A stretch of DNA of 64,000 bases from Amoebophrya sp. A120 (GCA_905178155.1 CAJINV010000009.1:2705373-2769372), one strand, 5' to 3'. Positions 12,101-24,293 are shown, numbered from the stretch's first letter. Made by a program: numbers and translations. Notes: a model not told the origin generated them from the sequence alone.

Positions 12101-15100
12101 AATCTGGTTCAAATCGTCCAGAATCTGCAGCAGTTTCTTCTCCATCGAGGTTTTCTTCGTCTTGTTTTTCTCTTCCTCAAATTGTTCCAGCATTTTCTCC
12201 TGCAGTAATTTCAGCTCCTGCTTCTTTTTCTTATTCTTCGTCTTGATTTTTGGCAGGACTAGAGCCTCCGGCTGCTGTTCTTGGACGGGCGAGTCCTTAT
12301 TTCCAGATCCGGGTAGTGCCTGACTAGCATCAACCCGAGCCGGGGTAGATGATGGCTCATCCCCTGCACGAGTTGATGTACCTGTATGCTCTGCAGGAGC
12401 TGAGCCGCTGGTGTCAACACAACCGCTAGAAGTACTCCCTGGCGGATCAAACACCATAATCGACTTCGCGTACTTCCGCACGGCGTCCTCGGTTTGCAGC
12501 TGCAAATCTTTTTCTGCTTTTTTCAGAAATTCGGAGTACTTCTTCAGCAGCTTCTCCCGGTGGGGGGCAGACATGGTTGTTGTACTTGTGCAAGAATTAG
12601 AACTACCTCTTTTATCACCCGCCGTTGCAGTTTTATCAACCTCACAAACCGTCTCCCCAGACGCCAGTGTCACCCGGCCCGTGTTATCCTGTGCAAAAGT
12701 ATCGCACTCGTTCGTAGTAATCGCATTTATGTATCATGACAAATCTCTTTTTCAAGGTAAGTCAGCATGAGAAATTCCATCTGTCATGCTGAGCAAATTT
12801 GTAATGCGATTAGTACAACTAGTACGATGCTTTATTTGCAATTCGTACGTGTACGCCGGGTCTTCGTTCACCAGGGAGGCCACGCAGAATTCAGACCCGA
12901 TTTGCAAACCTGAACAAGTATCCTGTGCAAAAGTATCGTACTCGTAGTAATCGCAAACATGCATTACAAATCTTGCTCTTAAGGTAAACCCGCATTACAA
13001 ATTTATATTTCTCATGCTGAGGAAATTTGTAATGCATTTGTACGAGTACGATACTTTTGCAGTTCATAACAAGCTTCGGTTGTTGAAACTGAATCTTCTG
13101 AGGCCATCATCTTCGGCGTCATGCTGCTTGTGCCGGCAGAACCAGAATCTTCCTGTGGACTACAACTAGCTCCGGTCGTTGGTCCACCAGTCGCCGGTGT
13201 AATATTCGCGTTCCTCGTACCATCGTATTTCCCCATGAGATCTTCCTGACTCAGGAACGGAATCCTGTCCTTCATTTCCTTATACAGCAAGTAATCCTTC
13301 ACTCGACTCGCCAGCTTATGCAATGCAAAAGCATCGTAGTCGTACTAGTATAAATTGCATTAGAAATTCACTTAGCATTACAAATATAATTTGTAATGCC
13401 GATTTGCCTAAAGAAAAAGATTTGTAATGCATAAACGCAATTAGTACCTACGAGTACGATACTTTTGCACAGGATACAACTTCAACGGCGTCGAGTTTTC
13501 CGCTTTTTGCTCCAAAAAACGCTGCAACTGCCCGAACCCGTCCCAATCTTGCGGGCAGACAAAAGCCGTCGGATTTGTCCCTCCACCCGCTGCGCTCATG
13601 TTGTTTTTCCGAATCTCATACACTTCCGGGTAATTCATCAAGCAGTTGTTTTTCCTCGGGTCACACTCGTCGAAATTGTAGCACGGCCGGGTTTTCTCTA
13701 CCTTCTCCACCTGGGCGAGCCAGGTTTGCTCCAGCTCGTCCGAGAACTCGTTTTTCAATCTGTCCAAGTGCGTAAACAAGTAACTACAGAATTCCTTCGC
13801 GTAGCGCCGCGCCTCGTTTTTCATGGTCGTTTGGTAGAATTCTCTTTTCTCGGCTGTGGAAAAGGTTTGGTCGGTCGATAGTCTGCTGTACTTGATGTAA
13901 CGAGCCGCGGGGTGGATAAGGATATCGTTGTTTTTGGCAGGAGTTTTATTGTCGCTTGAGACTTTCTCTTTCTTCTCGTCCTTAAGAGCATCCTCTTGCG
14001 TAGTTATCCCACCTGCGTCACCAGACTTTTTTTCGACGGCGGAGTCTACCATGGCTGCATCCTGTTCCTGGTCCACCGGCATTTGCATTTCACTATCGCA
14101 TTGTTCCCCGCCGGATGAAAAAGCCTCCGGGAAGCAACTGGGTTGCTTTCTCAGCCACTCCTGCTCCCCGACGCTTGCTTGCTCTAGAATACTTTTCAGA
14201 AACTGCGCGAAGAATCCGATGAAACCCCACGCACTTCCGAGGGACTCCGGATTCATGGAATCAAACATCATTCCCCGGACTTTCGCTCTTTTCAAAAATT
14301 GGTGGAAGGTCCGCGTGTGGAGGGTCGTCGGGGGTTTCGATTTTGATGTGGAATTCTGATTTTCAGATTCAGATGAATTCTTCATGTTTTTGCCTGTAGT
14401 TTCTGCCTCATCTTCGGACTCGGAGTCTGTCAGATAATCTTCTGTTCGTCGCTGTCGTTCGAAAGGTAAGCGAATATCTTCTTCGCAGTGGATTTCGTCC
14501 CCCTCTTGCATGAATTGCTTGAGCAGCAAAAACGTCTCGACTGAACTGTCGTGTAGGTTTTGTATGCAACAAAAAAAACTGTGTAGCTGTAAGTCTGTGA
14601 TGCAGGAAATGCTAAACTGTTTACACTCGTCATGCTAGAGGTGCGTCATAGGCCACTTTCATAGGTGTTTCCACGTACTAGCTGCGCATGACAGGTTTTC
14701 CCTGTAATGCAAAACGAATTTGTGCTGCTGATCTTCCTACAAAGTTACACTTACACAGTTTTTTTCCTGGATATTTTTGAAGACATTCGTACAGTAGGTC
14801 GTGTGGGAATCGACTAGGACGCTGGTTTTTTTTCCAAAGGATTTATTGTCCTGAGCTGCTTCTTCTTTTTTATCCTCTTCAATTTCCCGGACTTTCTCCA
14901 ATCTCCATTCGTTGACGAAAAGAAACATTTTATCCTGAGTAAAAACGCCCCCACCCCAGAGTTGCCGTGCAAAAACGCATGCTCAAAATGTTTCTCATGC
15001 GGAGCCCCATGGCAGGTATTCTCTAGCTGTGTTTTGGAATTTGTAATGCTCCAATCAGCATGGTAGGCTAGATTTGTGATGCTTCTGAACGAGGTAAACA

Positions 15101-15728
15101 GGATTACACTACGAGCCAGAACTTGTCATGCTTGACAGCTAAAACTTGTGGATTTGTGTAGCAGATTTCCCATCTTGACTATGGGGTGGGGACGTTTTTG
15201 CACAGGATACATTTCCTTTTCCAATTCGCTCCACGGTTTCTTGAAAAAATTCCGGTGGGGAAAATCGCAGCCCGGAGCGACCATCACCGGTTCTTCCGTG
15301 AAAATTGTTTCGCCCATATTGTAGTCGCGCGTCGCGCGCATGATCCGATCCTGGCCCGGGAGGTAATCGGCGATGTACCCGGGGCTCATGCAGGTAGGGT
15401 GCTGGTGGTGGTCATGACCCAGGGATTGTGGCGGGGGTGCTGGTGGAGGTACTGGTAGAGAACCACCAAAAACTCCACCAGGAGCAGGAGCTCCAGCAAG
15501 ATTATTGCTCGACATGGTGGCCCCTGCGTTCCTCGTCGTCCCCGGTGCAGCCGGCGGGGGAGGAAGAATCGGGTTCGGCATGATCGGGCCATGAGGACCT
15601 TGTTCAGCAGGGGTCGTCATGTGCCCCACGTTGTTGGGCACCAGCGGTGGAGCTGCTCGCTGCACGTTTGGCAGCGGTGGAGCTGAGGTGGGTCGCCGTG
15701 CAGAGGGGAGCCGCGCCGGGGTGGTCAT
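109..15728 (-). CDS. Giant SMYD-type SET-domain (putative lysine methyltransferase) protein, ~3290 aa in window, 19 introner introns, continues past position 1
   Basis: Split SET signature. N-half DRIMRATRDYNMGETIFTEEPVMVAP (~15270-15350); C-half ALFPEVALISHGCHPNV..VVRAAKRINKGDVLYSCY..RRRYLAHKRNFFCICDRC (~10100-10335). All 18 internal junctions stay in frame after removing element + one 5-nt repeat (e.g. PCF|VVGTN, EKEM|FLFVNE, SDG|PVNKG). Confidence 0.85.
844..1110. mobile_element. Introner family A (non-canonical intron)
   Basis: TIR tatcaaatgcaaaaatgtctgggt/acccagacatttttgcaatccata; DR cgaag. Confidence 0.95.
1443..2916 (-). mobile_element. Helentron/Helitron2-like non-autonomous element nested in an introner
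   Basis: Asymmetric subterminal IR tggtaaccaaatgcgtgcgcg (1467-1487) / cgcgcacgcatttggttacca (2891-2911); hairpin cgccc-gga-gggcg outside the left IR; no clear TSD. Confidence 0.6.
2060..2430. repeat. ~109-bp tandem repeat (~3.3 copies) inside the nested element
   Basis: Unit caagtggcccggg..ggacattttc..cagttttgaagcctgcggagggattgcg. Confidence 0.85.
3097..3246. mobile_element. Introner family C
   Basis: TAT..ATA TIR; DR agcgt. Confidence 0.95.
3280..3544. mobile_element. Introner family A
   Basis: DR gcatt/gcatc. Confidence 0.9.
4096..4304. mobile_element. Introner family G/H
   Basis: TIR tatcgcaggaaaaaactgtttcactgtga; DR tcaga. Confidence 0.9.
5479..5633. mobile_element. Introner family F
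   Basis: TIR ..ttttccgtacatgtacaa/ttgtacgtgtacgggaaa..ata; DR accga. Confidence 0.9.
5712..6002. mobile_element. Introner family B
   Basis: DR cgagg. Confidence 0.9.
6979..7309. mobile_element. Introner family E
   Basis: TIR catcaaagtgaaaaaagccccc/gggggcatttttcattgtgata; DR atctt. Confidence 0.9.
7372..7650. mobile_element. Introner family B
   Basis: ~31-bp TIR atcctgagtaaaaacgtacccacaccagagt; DR caagt. Confidence 0.95.
7708..8014. mobile_element. Introner family D
   Basis: TIR tatggaagcgtcagg..gaaatcgtcaaagttga; DR tggaa. Confidence 0.9.
9640..9860 (-). repeat. Poly-Ser/Gly low-complexity coding tract
   Basis: SSGSSSSSAAGGSSS... in the 948-aa ORF. Confidence 0.8.
10852..11102. mobile_element. 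Introner family A
   Basis: DR catca. Confidence 0.95.
11154..11460. mobile_element. Introner family D
   Basis: DR tgtct. Confidence 0.95.
11696..11961. mobile_element. Introner family A (inverted relative to the 844 copy)
   Basis: DR ctcga/ctcgg. Confidence 0.9.
12685..12847. mobile_element. Introner family C
   Basis: DR cgtgt; ends GTA. Confidence 0.9.
12919..13068. mobile_element. Introner family C
   Basis: DR acaag. Confidence 0.95.
13317..13476. mobile_element. Introner family C
   Basis: DR cagct/caact. Confidence 0.9.
14563..14773. mobile_element. Introner family H
   Basis: TIR aaaaaaaactgtgta/tacacagtttttttt; DR ttttg/ttttt. Confidence 0.85.
14931..15209. mobile_element. Introner family B
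   Basis: DR cattt. Confidence 0.95.
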
Positions 15729-17057
15729 TTTATTGATCCGATGATGTTCTTCTTCTTGGGGTAGAGATTACCGTGCAACATACACGAAACTACGTACAGG
15801 CGAACTGACGAAAGCAAAGGGGGTGAGTGTAAATGAATATATGAAAATGAGGATCTAGGCAGTAAATAGCGGCGTACTGATATCCTGCTCGGGGTAAAGG
15901 TGAAGACATAGGCATAAGGTAAGACGTTTTCAACAAACAGATGCTGATTATGATTTTCTAAAAGAAAACGACTGCGTCTGCGCTGCAAGTGAGAGCAGCT
16001 ACTGCTACAGCTACTAGATGGTTCTTCGTAGATGAAGTTTCTTCCTATCGACACCAAGGTCGCCGCTGGTCGAAGTTTTTCTTGGAATGAAATTTGGATT
16101 CAACATCAATCGTTGTCCAAAGGCACAACTAAGAAAATCCACTTTGTCCTTGTTGTCCAAATTCAAATTCTTCATTAGCGCCAATAAAAATTACCAGTAC
16201 TATTGGACACACAGTAGAAAGAGAGATGCTGATCCCTTGTACAACTTTATGGTGACGATCATAAGTATTTTCAGAACCACAACTAGATTAGTATCCACCT
16301 TATCGAATTGGAATTTCATGTCGACATCTACAAGGTGATCGTGATCACTTCTATGTCACCTTTTCTTTTTCTTCTTCGAGATCGAAGTCTGCTTCACCTC
16401 GACCAACCCGTCAGCAGTCGGAAGAATTTTGTAATTGCTTTTTTTCACCGTGCCTTGATCGTGTTGATCTATCTTCATCTTGTTTGAGCAGTGTGAGCAC
16501 CAGACTGCTTGTTCTAGGAAAGCTAGCAGGATCATGTTGATCTATTGAGGATGGACCCAGGGCGGCCCTGTCTCTGTGAAATGATAATTTTGCTTTTTCG
16601 AAATTGTCAGGCTAATATCCTCACCCAAGCCGACCAGTCGAACTTTCGTATATACGTTTCCTCAAAATTGTTGATTATTCTGAAAAGACGTTCACATTAT
16701 TTGCGATGCCGTTTTTATCAGGTACTTCAATTTCTCCTTACATGGGGCCAGCATTAGCAACTCAGTCTTCTTCGTCCCTAAAAACACCACTTTCTTCCGC
16801 CGCTTTCACCTGCACCTCGGACTTGATCACCGTCTCTGCCTTCTTGAAGCTTTCCTTTTCGACCTTGCTCGGCTATCCGTTGGAAATTCATTCCCGTGCA
16901 TGAAGTGCAACATATTATAAATGCGGTTTCACCTCCGCAAGGCAAATGACTTCCCTTTGACCCCGTTCAGCATCACCAGTGGCACGACCATGCCAGCGTC
17001 GAAATTTTTTGTAGATGCATGTTTATTTTGCATACTATCTCTTCTATAAATATAATA

Positions 17058-17606
17058 GAGCGGGGTAACAACTAACTCAACTAACTCGGGATTATAGGTG
17101 CGAAATTTTTTCTCTATAGCGACGCCGGAGCCGTAGCCGGCAACTTCGGTCAGAGGTATGCTTTGCAAACGTCCTGGCAACATATGCAAATCGTGCGGCT
17201 TTGTACATGATTTTTGTGCTTTCATTCAAAAACTCGCTTCAGTCGGAAAGCGTGGAAAATTGTTGTGCTTCATAAATGTTAGCTTCACGGCAGGGAATGT
17301 TTCGCCATGACAAAACAGGCACCGCCTGCGTTGCAAAGAAAGCGAAAACGTTGCCCCGCCGATTTTCAAAAAAGACCCAAAGAGCACAAATAGCATGCAC
17401 AAAAGCACGAATCCGCGTAGGGAATTCCGGCTGTCGCCGACTGTGCGATCGTCGGCCTTTGCCAGCACGACTTGCCTGCTAGCTAGTGGTCGCCACGAGC
17501 TACCCTTATCTGGTTAGGGAGCTCGTGCGCGGCGACCAGTCTCGGCCGCCCGCAAAATTTTCGCACTTAGAATCCCGAGTTAGTTGAGTTAGTTGTTACC
17601 CCGCTC
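17058..17606. mobile_element. MITE with ~52-bp TIRs and 3-bp TSD (PIF/Harbinger-like)
   Basis: gagcggggtaacaactaactcaactaactcgggatt.. / ..aatcccgagttagttgagttagttgttaccccgctc; TSD ATA. Confidence 0.85.
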
Positions 17607-20600
17607 ATACGGGAATGAATTATTGTGGTGCGTATCGGCTTCCGACTGTTCATCCGCTTCGATTTGGTTCGGTCAAATCCCGCCCCAACGGAAGCCAAAT
17701 CGTTCACAGTTTGCAAACACACGGTCACCCGGTCGCAATCGCGTAGCTCCTGCGTCTTGTTGACGCCGTTCGTGACGCGGACCAAGATCTCCACGTCTAG
17801 CTTCTTATGCATTGCAGAAGTATCGTACTAAGTACAAAACGCATGACAAATTTTTCCTAAAGGAAAAATTAAAATTTGTCATGCAGAACAAGCTAAAAAA
17901 GCAGATCTGTCATGCAAGACCTGCATTTATACGTCGTGTACGATACTCTTACACAGGATACTTCTTGTTGATTGCCAACTTCTTCTTTTCCTCCATGGGC
18001 AAAACCAGCTTCTGCTTCCACTGCACCCAGGCGTGAGGGTATTTCGTGCCGTAGATCTCCGCCGCGATCCATTTCTTGCCGTTGTCGGAGGAGATCTGGA
18101 CCCTCCGGATTCCGTGGCCGCCTTATCAAGTGCGAAACTGTCTGGGTCTGGAAGAATGCAAGTTTGTCATGCTTGTCTGGCATGACTCGAGAATCTGTGT
18201 TCGCATGGGCACGAGGAAGCCCTCTTTACCTGCCATGCAAAAACGCAGTTTGCCATGCGGAATACGTAAGACATCACGGCAGCCAAAAAATTTATCATGC
18301 GTAGCTGCGTATTGCAGTGCGTCTATCATTCACTTTTAGCATTACAAGTTTCCAGTCCCAGAGATATTTGCAATCCATACGCCTCCGGAGTACGCAATGC
18401 CCCTGACCTCCACCGTGGCTGCCTCTTCGGCGCCTTCCTGGACGTAGCAAGTGTCCTGCTCTTCCGGCACGCAGATCAACGCAGTCAACGCGTTTTCGCC
18501 GGCGTCCCGGGTGGCTTCGTCGAGGATCGTGATGCGTTTCATCATGGTGTAGCCCATCGCCGAAGCCTCTTCCCCCACCGCTGTCTCGAGGAGAATGCGG
18601 CTCACCCATTTCAATTGCTTCTGTATCATATGTAAAACGTCCCCACCCCATGCATAGTTGTAACGCAACTGCGCATGCTGAAAATGTTTCTCATGCGGAG
18701 CCCCATGCGAAGTGCTTACTTGCTAGTAGCGTTTTGGAATTCGTGATGCTCCAATCGGCCTGATATACTAGATCTGTGACGCTGCTTAACTAGCTAAACA
18801 GTATTACACCACGACGCCAAACTTGTCATGCGCAACAGCCAAAGCGCGTTGATTTGTCTAGCAGATTTCCCATCTTGACTATGGGGTAGCGACGTTTTTA
18901 CACAGGATATTCTGTTCGGTGTAACCAGGTACGATCAGCCGGACGGGAAACCCCTGCTCGAAGGGGAGCTCAAAACCGTTCATCTCCAGTGCCAGAATGG
19001 CATCGTCAAACGCCGTCCCCGCACTCGAACCGGCGGGGGACAACGCACGGTCTAGGGGAATGGAGATCCGGGCTTGCTGTTGGTGGCTAGAAGCTTCTTG
19101 ACCAGAGCTGGCGCTGGTCGTAGAGGTACTTGCTGCACCTCCACCCGGGAGCAGCTTCTCATCCGAGTAAAAGTGCAAGACCCTGACCCGGTGCGGCCCG
19201 CCTGGCTGATTCGGACCACCACCGGAGCCTGTAGTCGAAGCTCGCCCGGCGCTTGAGGATGCATATGAAATGCAAATATGTCTGGGTCTGGAAACTTGTG
19301 ATGCTGGTTGGCGAATCAAGAGCACGCCAGATATGACGGCTTAGCATCACAGGTTTTTGAGTCGCTAGGTGTTGCCTATTCTGCATGAGAAAATAAGTTC
19401 TCGCATGACACAAAAAGGGCGCTTTTGGGTACATTGCATGACAGACTTGCCAGTCATGCTAGCAGAGCATGACAAACCTGGAATTTTTCCATTACCAGAC
19501 ATATTTGCAATGCATAATGCAGACACCGCTGCCATTTCCGGGAGAATTTTGCAGTAGGTCATATCAACTGCATATGTGTCTGCGTCTGAAAAGATGGGAC
19601 TTGTAATGCGCTTCTTGCATTCCTGGAAAATCTGTGCTGCATGAGCAGCAAGTGGGCAGCTTCCCCTGTCACGTTAGAACGCAATTTGTAATGCGTGTTA
19701 CGCATCAGAAAGCGTTCCGAGAGTAAGCTTGTCAAGCGTGGCAATCATGCGCAATTTAGCATCACAGGTTTCCAGACCCAGACATATTTGCAATGCATAG
19801 GTCAGCACATCCCGCAACTTCGGGCCGGTCCAGCGGGCGCAGCCGATCATTTCGGGCGAGTTTGTCGTGCTGGGAGTTGTGCTACTAGCGGTTGCGCCAG
19901 CTGCTCCACCTGTGCCTCCCCCAGCACCTACCGCACTATTTCCGGAACAATCAATCACACACACCACGTCGTGCTGCGGAAATTTGGTTCGCAAATCATC
20001 TAGCGTGAGGCTCAGGACCGTTTTTTGTTGCGTCAGCCTCAAATTCTGCTGGTGTTTCATATTTGATGTCTGCGAATGTGATGATGATGCACCGGCAGCT
20101 CTTGAAGTACGATCTTCGTGAAGATCGTACTGTGTACTACTCGTCGGCATTGCGCTGGGCGGTGTGAAGCTGCTCATGGTTTGGTAGCTGGATGGGAAGG
20201 CAGGAACGGCAATCACTTTAGGAGTTATATGCAATACAAATTTTCCGTACATGTACAAGATGCATCACAAATTCTACCAATTTATTGGAGCGTAAAACTT
20301 GTTATGCTAAACTAGGAGCGAAGCCAAGCTCTGTCATGCAGAGACCGCATTTGTACGTGTACGGGAAATTCACTGTGGATAGGTTACGTCGAAGGACGAA
20401 GATGTGGAAGACGCAACACCGACTGCCGTCTCCACTTCCAACCGCCAAGAGATGTCGGGCTCTTCCGGAAGCTTCCCCTTGTAGTGCACGAAAAACAGCT
20501 CGTTCGGCGTGAGAAAGGACTCGACCAGCGCCCGCCTGCTCGCGATAGTCCCGGGCTTTACCCGAAACTGCTTGAACAGCTTCTTTCCGCTGCCCTGCTG

Positions 20601-21302
20601 CAGGCCCAGCCTGGGGAGGAACCGGGTCGGAGTGGGGTAAAATTCTACGCCCCGGTAGACCTGGGGTGGGGGAAGCCGCGATTTGTCCCAGTTGTCATGC
20701 TCAAGGCAGTAAACGACCGGCTTCTTGATGTCGAAGATGAATCTTTCTCTACTTCTGTGCCAAGAAGAAGCCGATGCTTTATTCGCGCAGCTTGAGCCTG
20801 TACTTGAGGTAACGCCCCTTGTTGCCCAAAAAAACGGCCGCGCCACGCCTGGCCCGAATGTTCTTGCTGAGGAAGTGCTCGTGTTGGGAGTGGGCCTTCT
20901 GCCACTTATTTTGGCAGCTCCTGTCAACAATCTGCCTGAGCGGCCTGTACCTGTTGATGTTTTTTTATGAGAACAACTACTCGACGGCGCCAGAAGTTGC
21001 ACCGCCCCGCTCCTCGTACTAGGGGCCGCCTTCCGCTCGTCCTGTTTCCGGAAACCTGAGGAGCTGGGTTGTTTTCTCACATGATGAGCTGCGCATGCGC
21101 GGGGACGGTGTGACTCGGACTCTGTGCACCATGTTGCAGCAGCCTTATCATGGCACGAAAAGTCATCCTGATGTGGTGATGTGGTCGTACTCGTCGGCAC
21201 AGCGTTTTTATTCCACCGGATAGAGGAGCACGCAGCTGCAGACGTCTGCCCGACGGAGCGGTGGAAAAACTGCGAACTTGCAGAGGACCAGGAGGACCAC
21301 AT
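17567..21302 (-). CDS. Sulfite oxidase / molybdopterin-dependent oxidoreductase family protein (divergent), 6 introners, Ser/Arg-rich N-terminal extension (possible transit peptide)
   Basis: Motifs FLTPNELFFVH, LTLDDLRTKFPQHDVVCVIDCSGN, IGCARWTGPKLRDVL, AILALEMNGFELPFEQGFPVRLIVPGY|QKQLKWVSRI and VRGIAYSGG|GHGIRRVQISSDNGKKW reassemble across the introners. The 3' end is interrupted by a MITE (ancestral stop ~16973). Confidence 0.85.
17806..17960. mobile_element. Introner family C
   Basis: DR cttct. Confidence 0.9.
18124..18379. mobile_element. Introner family A
   Basis: DR cgcct. Confidence 0.9.
18624..18909. mobile_element. Introner family B
   Basis: DR ttctg. Confidence 0.9.
19264..19516. 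mobile_element. Introner family A
   Basis: DR atgca. Confidence 0.9.
19562..19799. mobile_element. Introner family A
   Basis: DR ggtca. Confidence 0.9.
20228..20381. mobile_element. Introner family F (closely similar to the 5479 copy)
   Basis: DR agtta/ggtta. Confidence 0.9.
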
Positions 21303-24293
21303 TTTCGTGCTTGTGCGTTTCTTCTTTCGTTTTCAACAAACTACAATATCGAAGGACAACTCGTCAAAGATAGAATATTTGAACAATAGGATCACAGCTG
21401 TGTACTTTACTTGCTTTTGCTGTGCTTCGTTTTCTGCATTGAATTGTAGCAATAGCAAGATCTTTCGCTTTAGTTATAGAAGTTTCGCCACAGCAACAAA
21501 TAGAAATCCACAGACCAGATTGCAGCAACTCGTCGCTCAATCTCAAAACAAATGCTTTACTGCCCTACAATCATAGGCATCAAAACAGCGGACGCTCAGC
21601 ACTCAACGCGCCTACTTAAGCAGATGGTTGTACGTAGATGACTCATACCCGCAATTTATTTCAAGCATGAGCAGTGGAACACGTTGATGGTATAACTTCG
21701 TTCTGTATTTTTTGGGCCTAACAATGAATAGGTTTGCCGCTCGATAGTGCTCTTCGCGGAAAAGTGCTTTTTGCGGTCGTTGCGTAAAAATTCTCCAACC
21801 GTAGTCCTGCGAACGAAACAATCAATATACAAGGGAGCCTGGCCGCTGAGACGAGGCACCAATGTAGCTGCAGCTAATTCGACTGTTAAGGCGGTCCTCT
21901 TCATCGAGGAGCAAGAAAAAAAAACACGACTAAATTCAGGTGGAGTGCAGCTTCATTGTAAAATGTCTCGCTGTATCTCATACATTCAGTAAGTGTTTAT
22001 GTATGTTTCCACTTCCTAATCCTCACTTCAGCGGGAAGTTGTATTGCGACAAAAAACCGCAAATCAGCAGCGCCACATACGTGTAGGGCAAGAGGGTTTC
22101 CGCTATGGTCGGAAGTGCGCTGCCGACTAGGAGCAGCGCTGACCCCGAGTTGTCCAGCACCGCCACGGAGCAGGAGGCAATGCGGTATGCGGGACGAGAA
22201 GTTCCAAGAGCAGATGGGAATGAAACCACAACTTGAACGAAGACACTTGCACTTCCCTACAGTCGTGCCTGTAAATAATTTCTATTGCAATCAAGAATTA
22301 TGGTCCTCCTGACCAGGAGTAACAAGCGTCTCATGCCTATGTGTGCTTTCCGTCCAATCTCCGCCCTGCGAAAGCAAAGTCACATTTACAAAAATTCACG
22401 CGGCTGCGGCAAAAATGTCATCGTTCTTGCGAATTTTTCTATGTGTTGTCGTGATCCCCTTCCGCATCCGCCTGGGATCGCTTTTTTTTCTTGCGTAAAA
22501 ACTGCTGGATGCTGAGCAATCCGTGCGTCCCAAACTGCTCCAGCGGCCCAAGGAGAGCACTCGTCACGTTCATGATCTCTTTTTTGATAGTTTTGAATTT
22601 TTTCTCTATTGAGGGCCTGCTGTTTATTTATATTTTTCTACTAATTTGGTCAACGACAGATAAAAAATGTTCTTCCTTGTTTAGAGGGACCCCTCTCAGC
22701 GGATACTTTTGAAATTTGTCATAGGAAATAGAAGATGTCTTTCTTTCACCAAGTAACCCGCCCTCGCCTCGGGATCCATCTCAAAAAAATTTAAAAGCCC
22801 TGTAGTTAATGGTCACAGACTTCTGCTTACTCGTCCAACAAGCTGGCACGACCAAAACTCAGACACTATGTAGTAGTTCGACGACGCGCGACCGCTTGCG
22901 AAGACCACAGCAACACTAAAGTGATGGTGTTGCGATGGCGCCGCTCGCGGCACGCTTTTCCTCTTGCGGCGCGCAGAGCATTTTTGGGGAAGCTGCGGTG
23001 AAGCCACCGAATGAAGTCAGAAGAGTTCTTGTGCAACCGATAGATACTAACAGGGCGTCGGGAACAAAACCGAGGATATTTTTTTCTAGTGTAGATTTCA
23101 CGCCCAGTTGTACTGTGCACACTACACCGATGCGGTTCAATCACATCAATCACGCTGAGCAAAGCGCGAATGCTGCAAGGCCAAGGGTTCTACTTTCAAA
23201 TGAACATCTACTACTTCGCCGGCCCAAGAGCATCAGCCCAGGACGTCGGGTGTCAGTCGTGCAACAGCTGCAACTTGTTTTTCCTTTTCGTATAAATAGT
23301 TCCTGTAGCAAATGGAAGCTCGGGAAAATCTGACAAATTATAATTTGGGTGCTGCCCCCGTCAAGCAGCAGAGTTGTCATCTCAGCTCAAAGTCGTGCAA
23401 GTGATGAAGATCTCTTTGTCGTCAAAATAAGCTCCCTGAGAAGGTGGTGTTCTAGGCACTAGAACTAGCGAGTGGTCTTCTTTTTTTCGGTTCGAATATG
23501 CTCAGCGCAAACCTACCGCCTGCTCAACTTGTAGCTGCTGCAGCTTCTAGTATATATTATCAGTTTACTGGCATGGTAGTTCTCATGTCGGCGGCGCTCA
23601 GTCAAAGAACTCGAGAAGATCAGCTTGAGCTTGTGTTCTATTTACTTCCTTCTCGCACTGTACTCGATGAACTGGAAAATTAATTGGTGAAATACGAATT
23701 TCTAATGTACGGAAAATTTTGGAAGAAGATCATGATCTCCGGCCGTGCAGCGGTGTTCATTCTGCGAGGTCGCAAAAAGTGTCCTTGCACAACACGAAGA
23801 TGATCAAACAACCTTCGAGCGTTCTGTTTTTCAAAGCCACCAGGGTAGTAAAGGTCTAGGTTAAAGAAAATACCTATGAGATAAAAGGCGAGACCATATT
23901 TTCTTGTGGGAAAATGCAAATAGCACGGACGACTACGAAACGTGTGACTACAGCAGCGATTTGTGTTTGTCCAATTTTTCCTAGCAGCAGTTCCACCAGC
24001 CGGAACAGTGTCGGTGTGGACTTCTAGTACTTGAACTAGCACCAGCTGCATCTGTGTAGTCATACGTATAGACAGTGCGAACTTCTACCTAGCTCGCTAC
24101 AGTTCAATTTCGGATGGAAGATATGGTAGCAACAAGGGTCGTAGTAAAACTGTTGAAATCATATGGCGTTACGGGTAGAATTTTTATTTCCAGCAGGAAG
24201 ATATTGTGAGCACTGAGATGAAAGGGCAGTTCAAATGACACTTCTCCCCGCGTGGCACTAACTAGCACCAGCACCAGGGAGAGATAGATGAGT

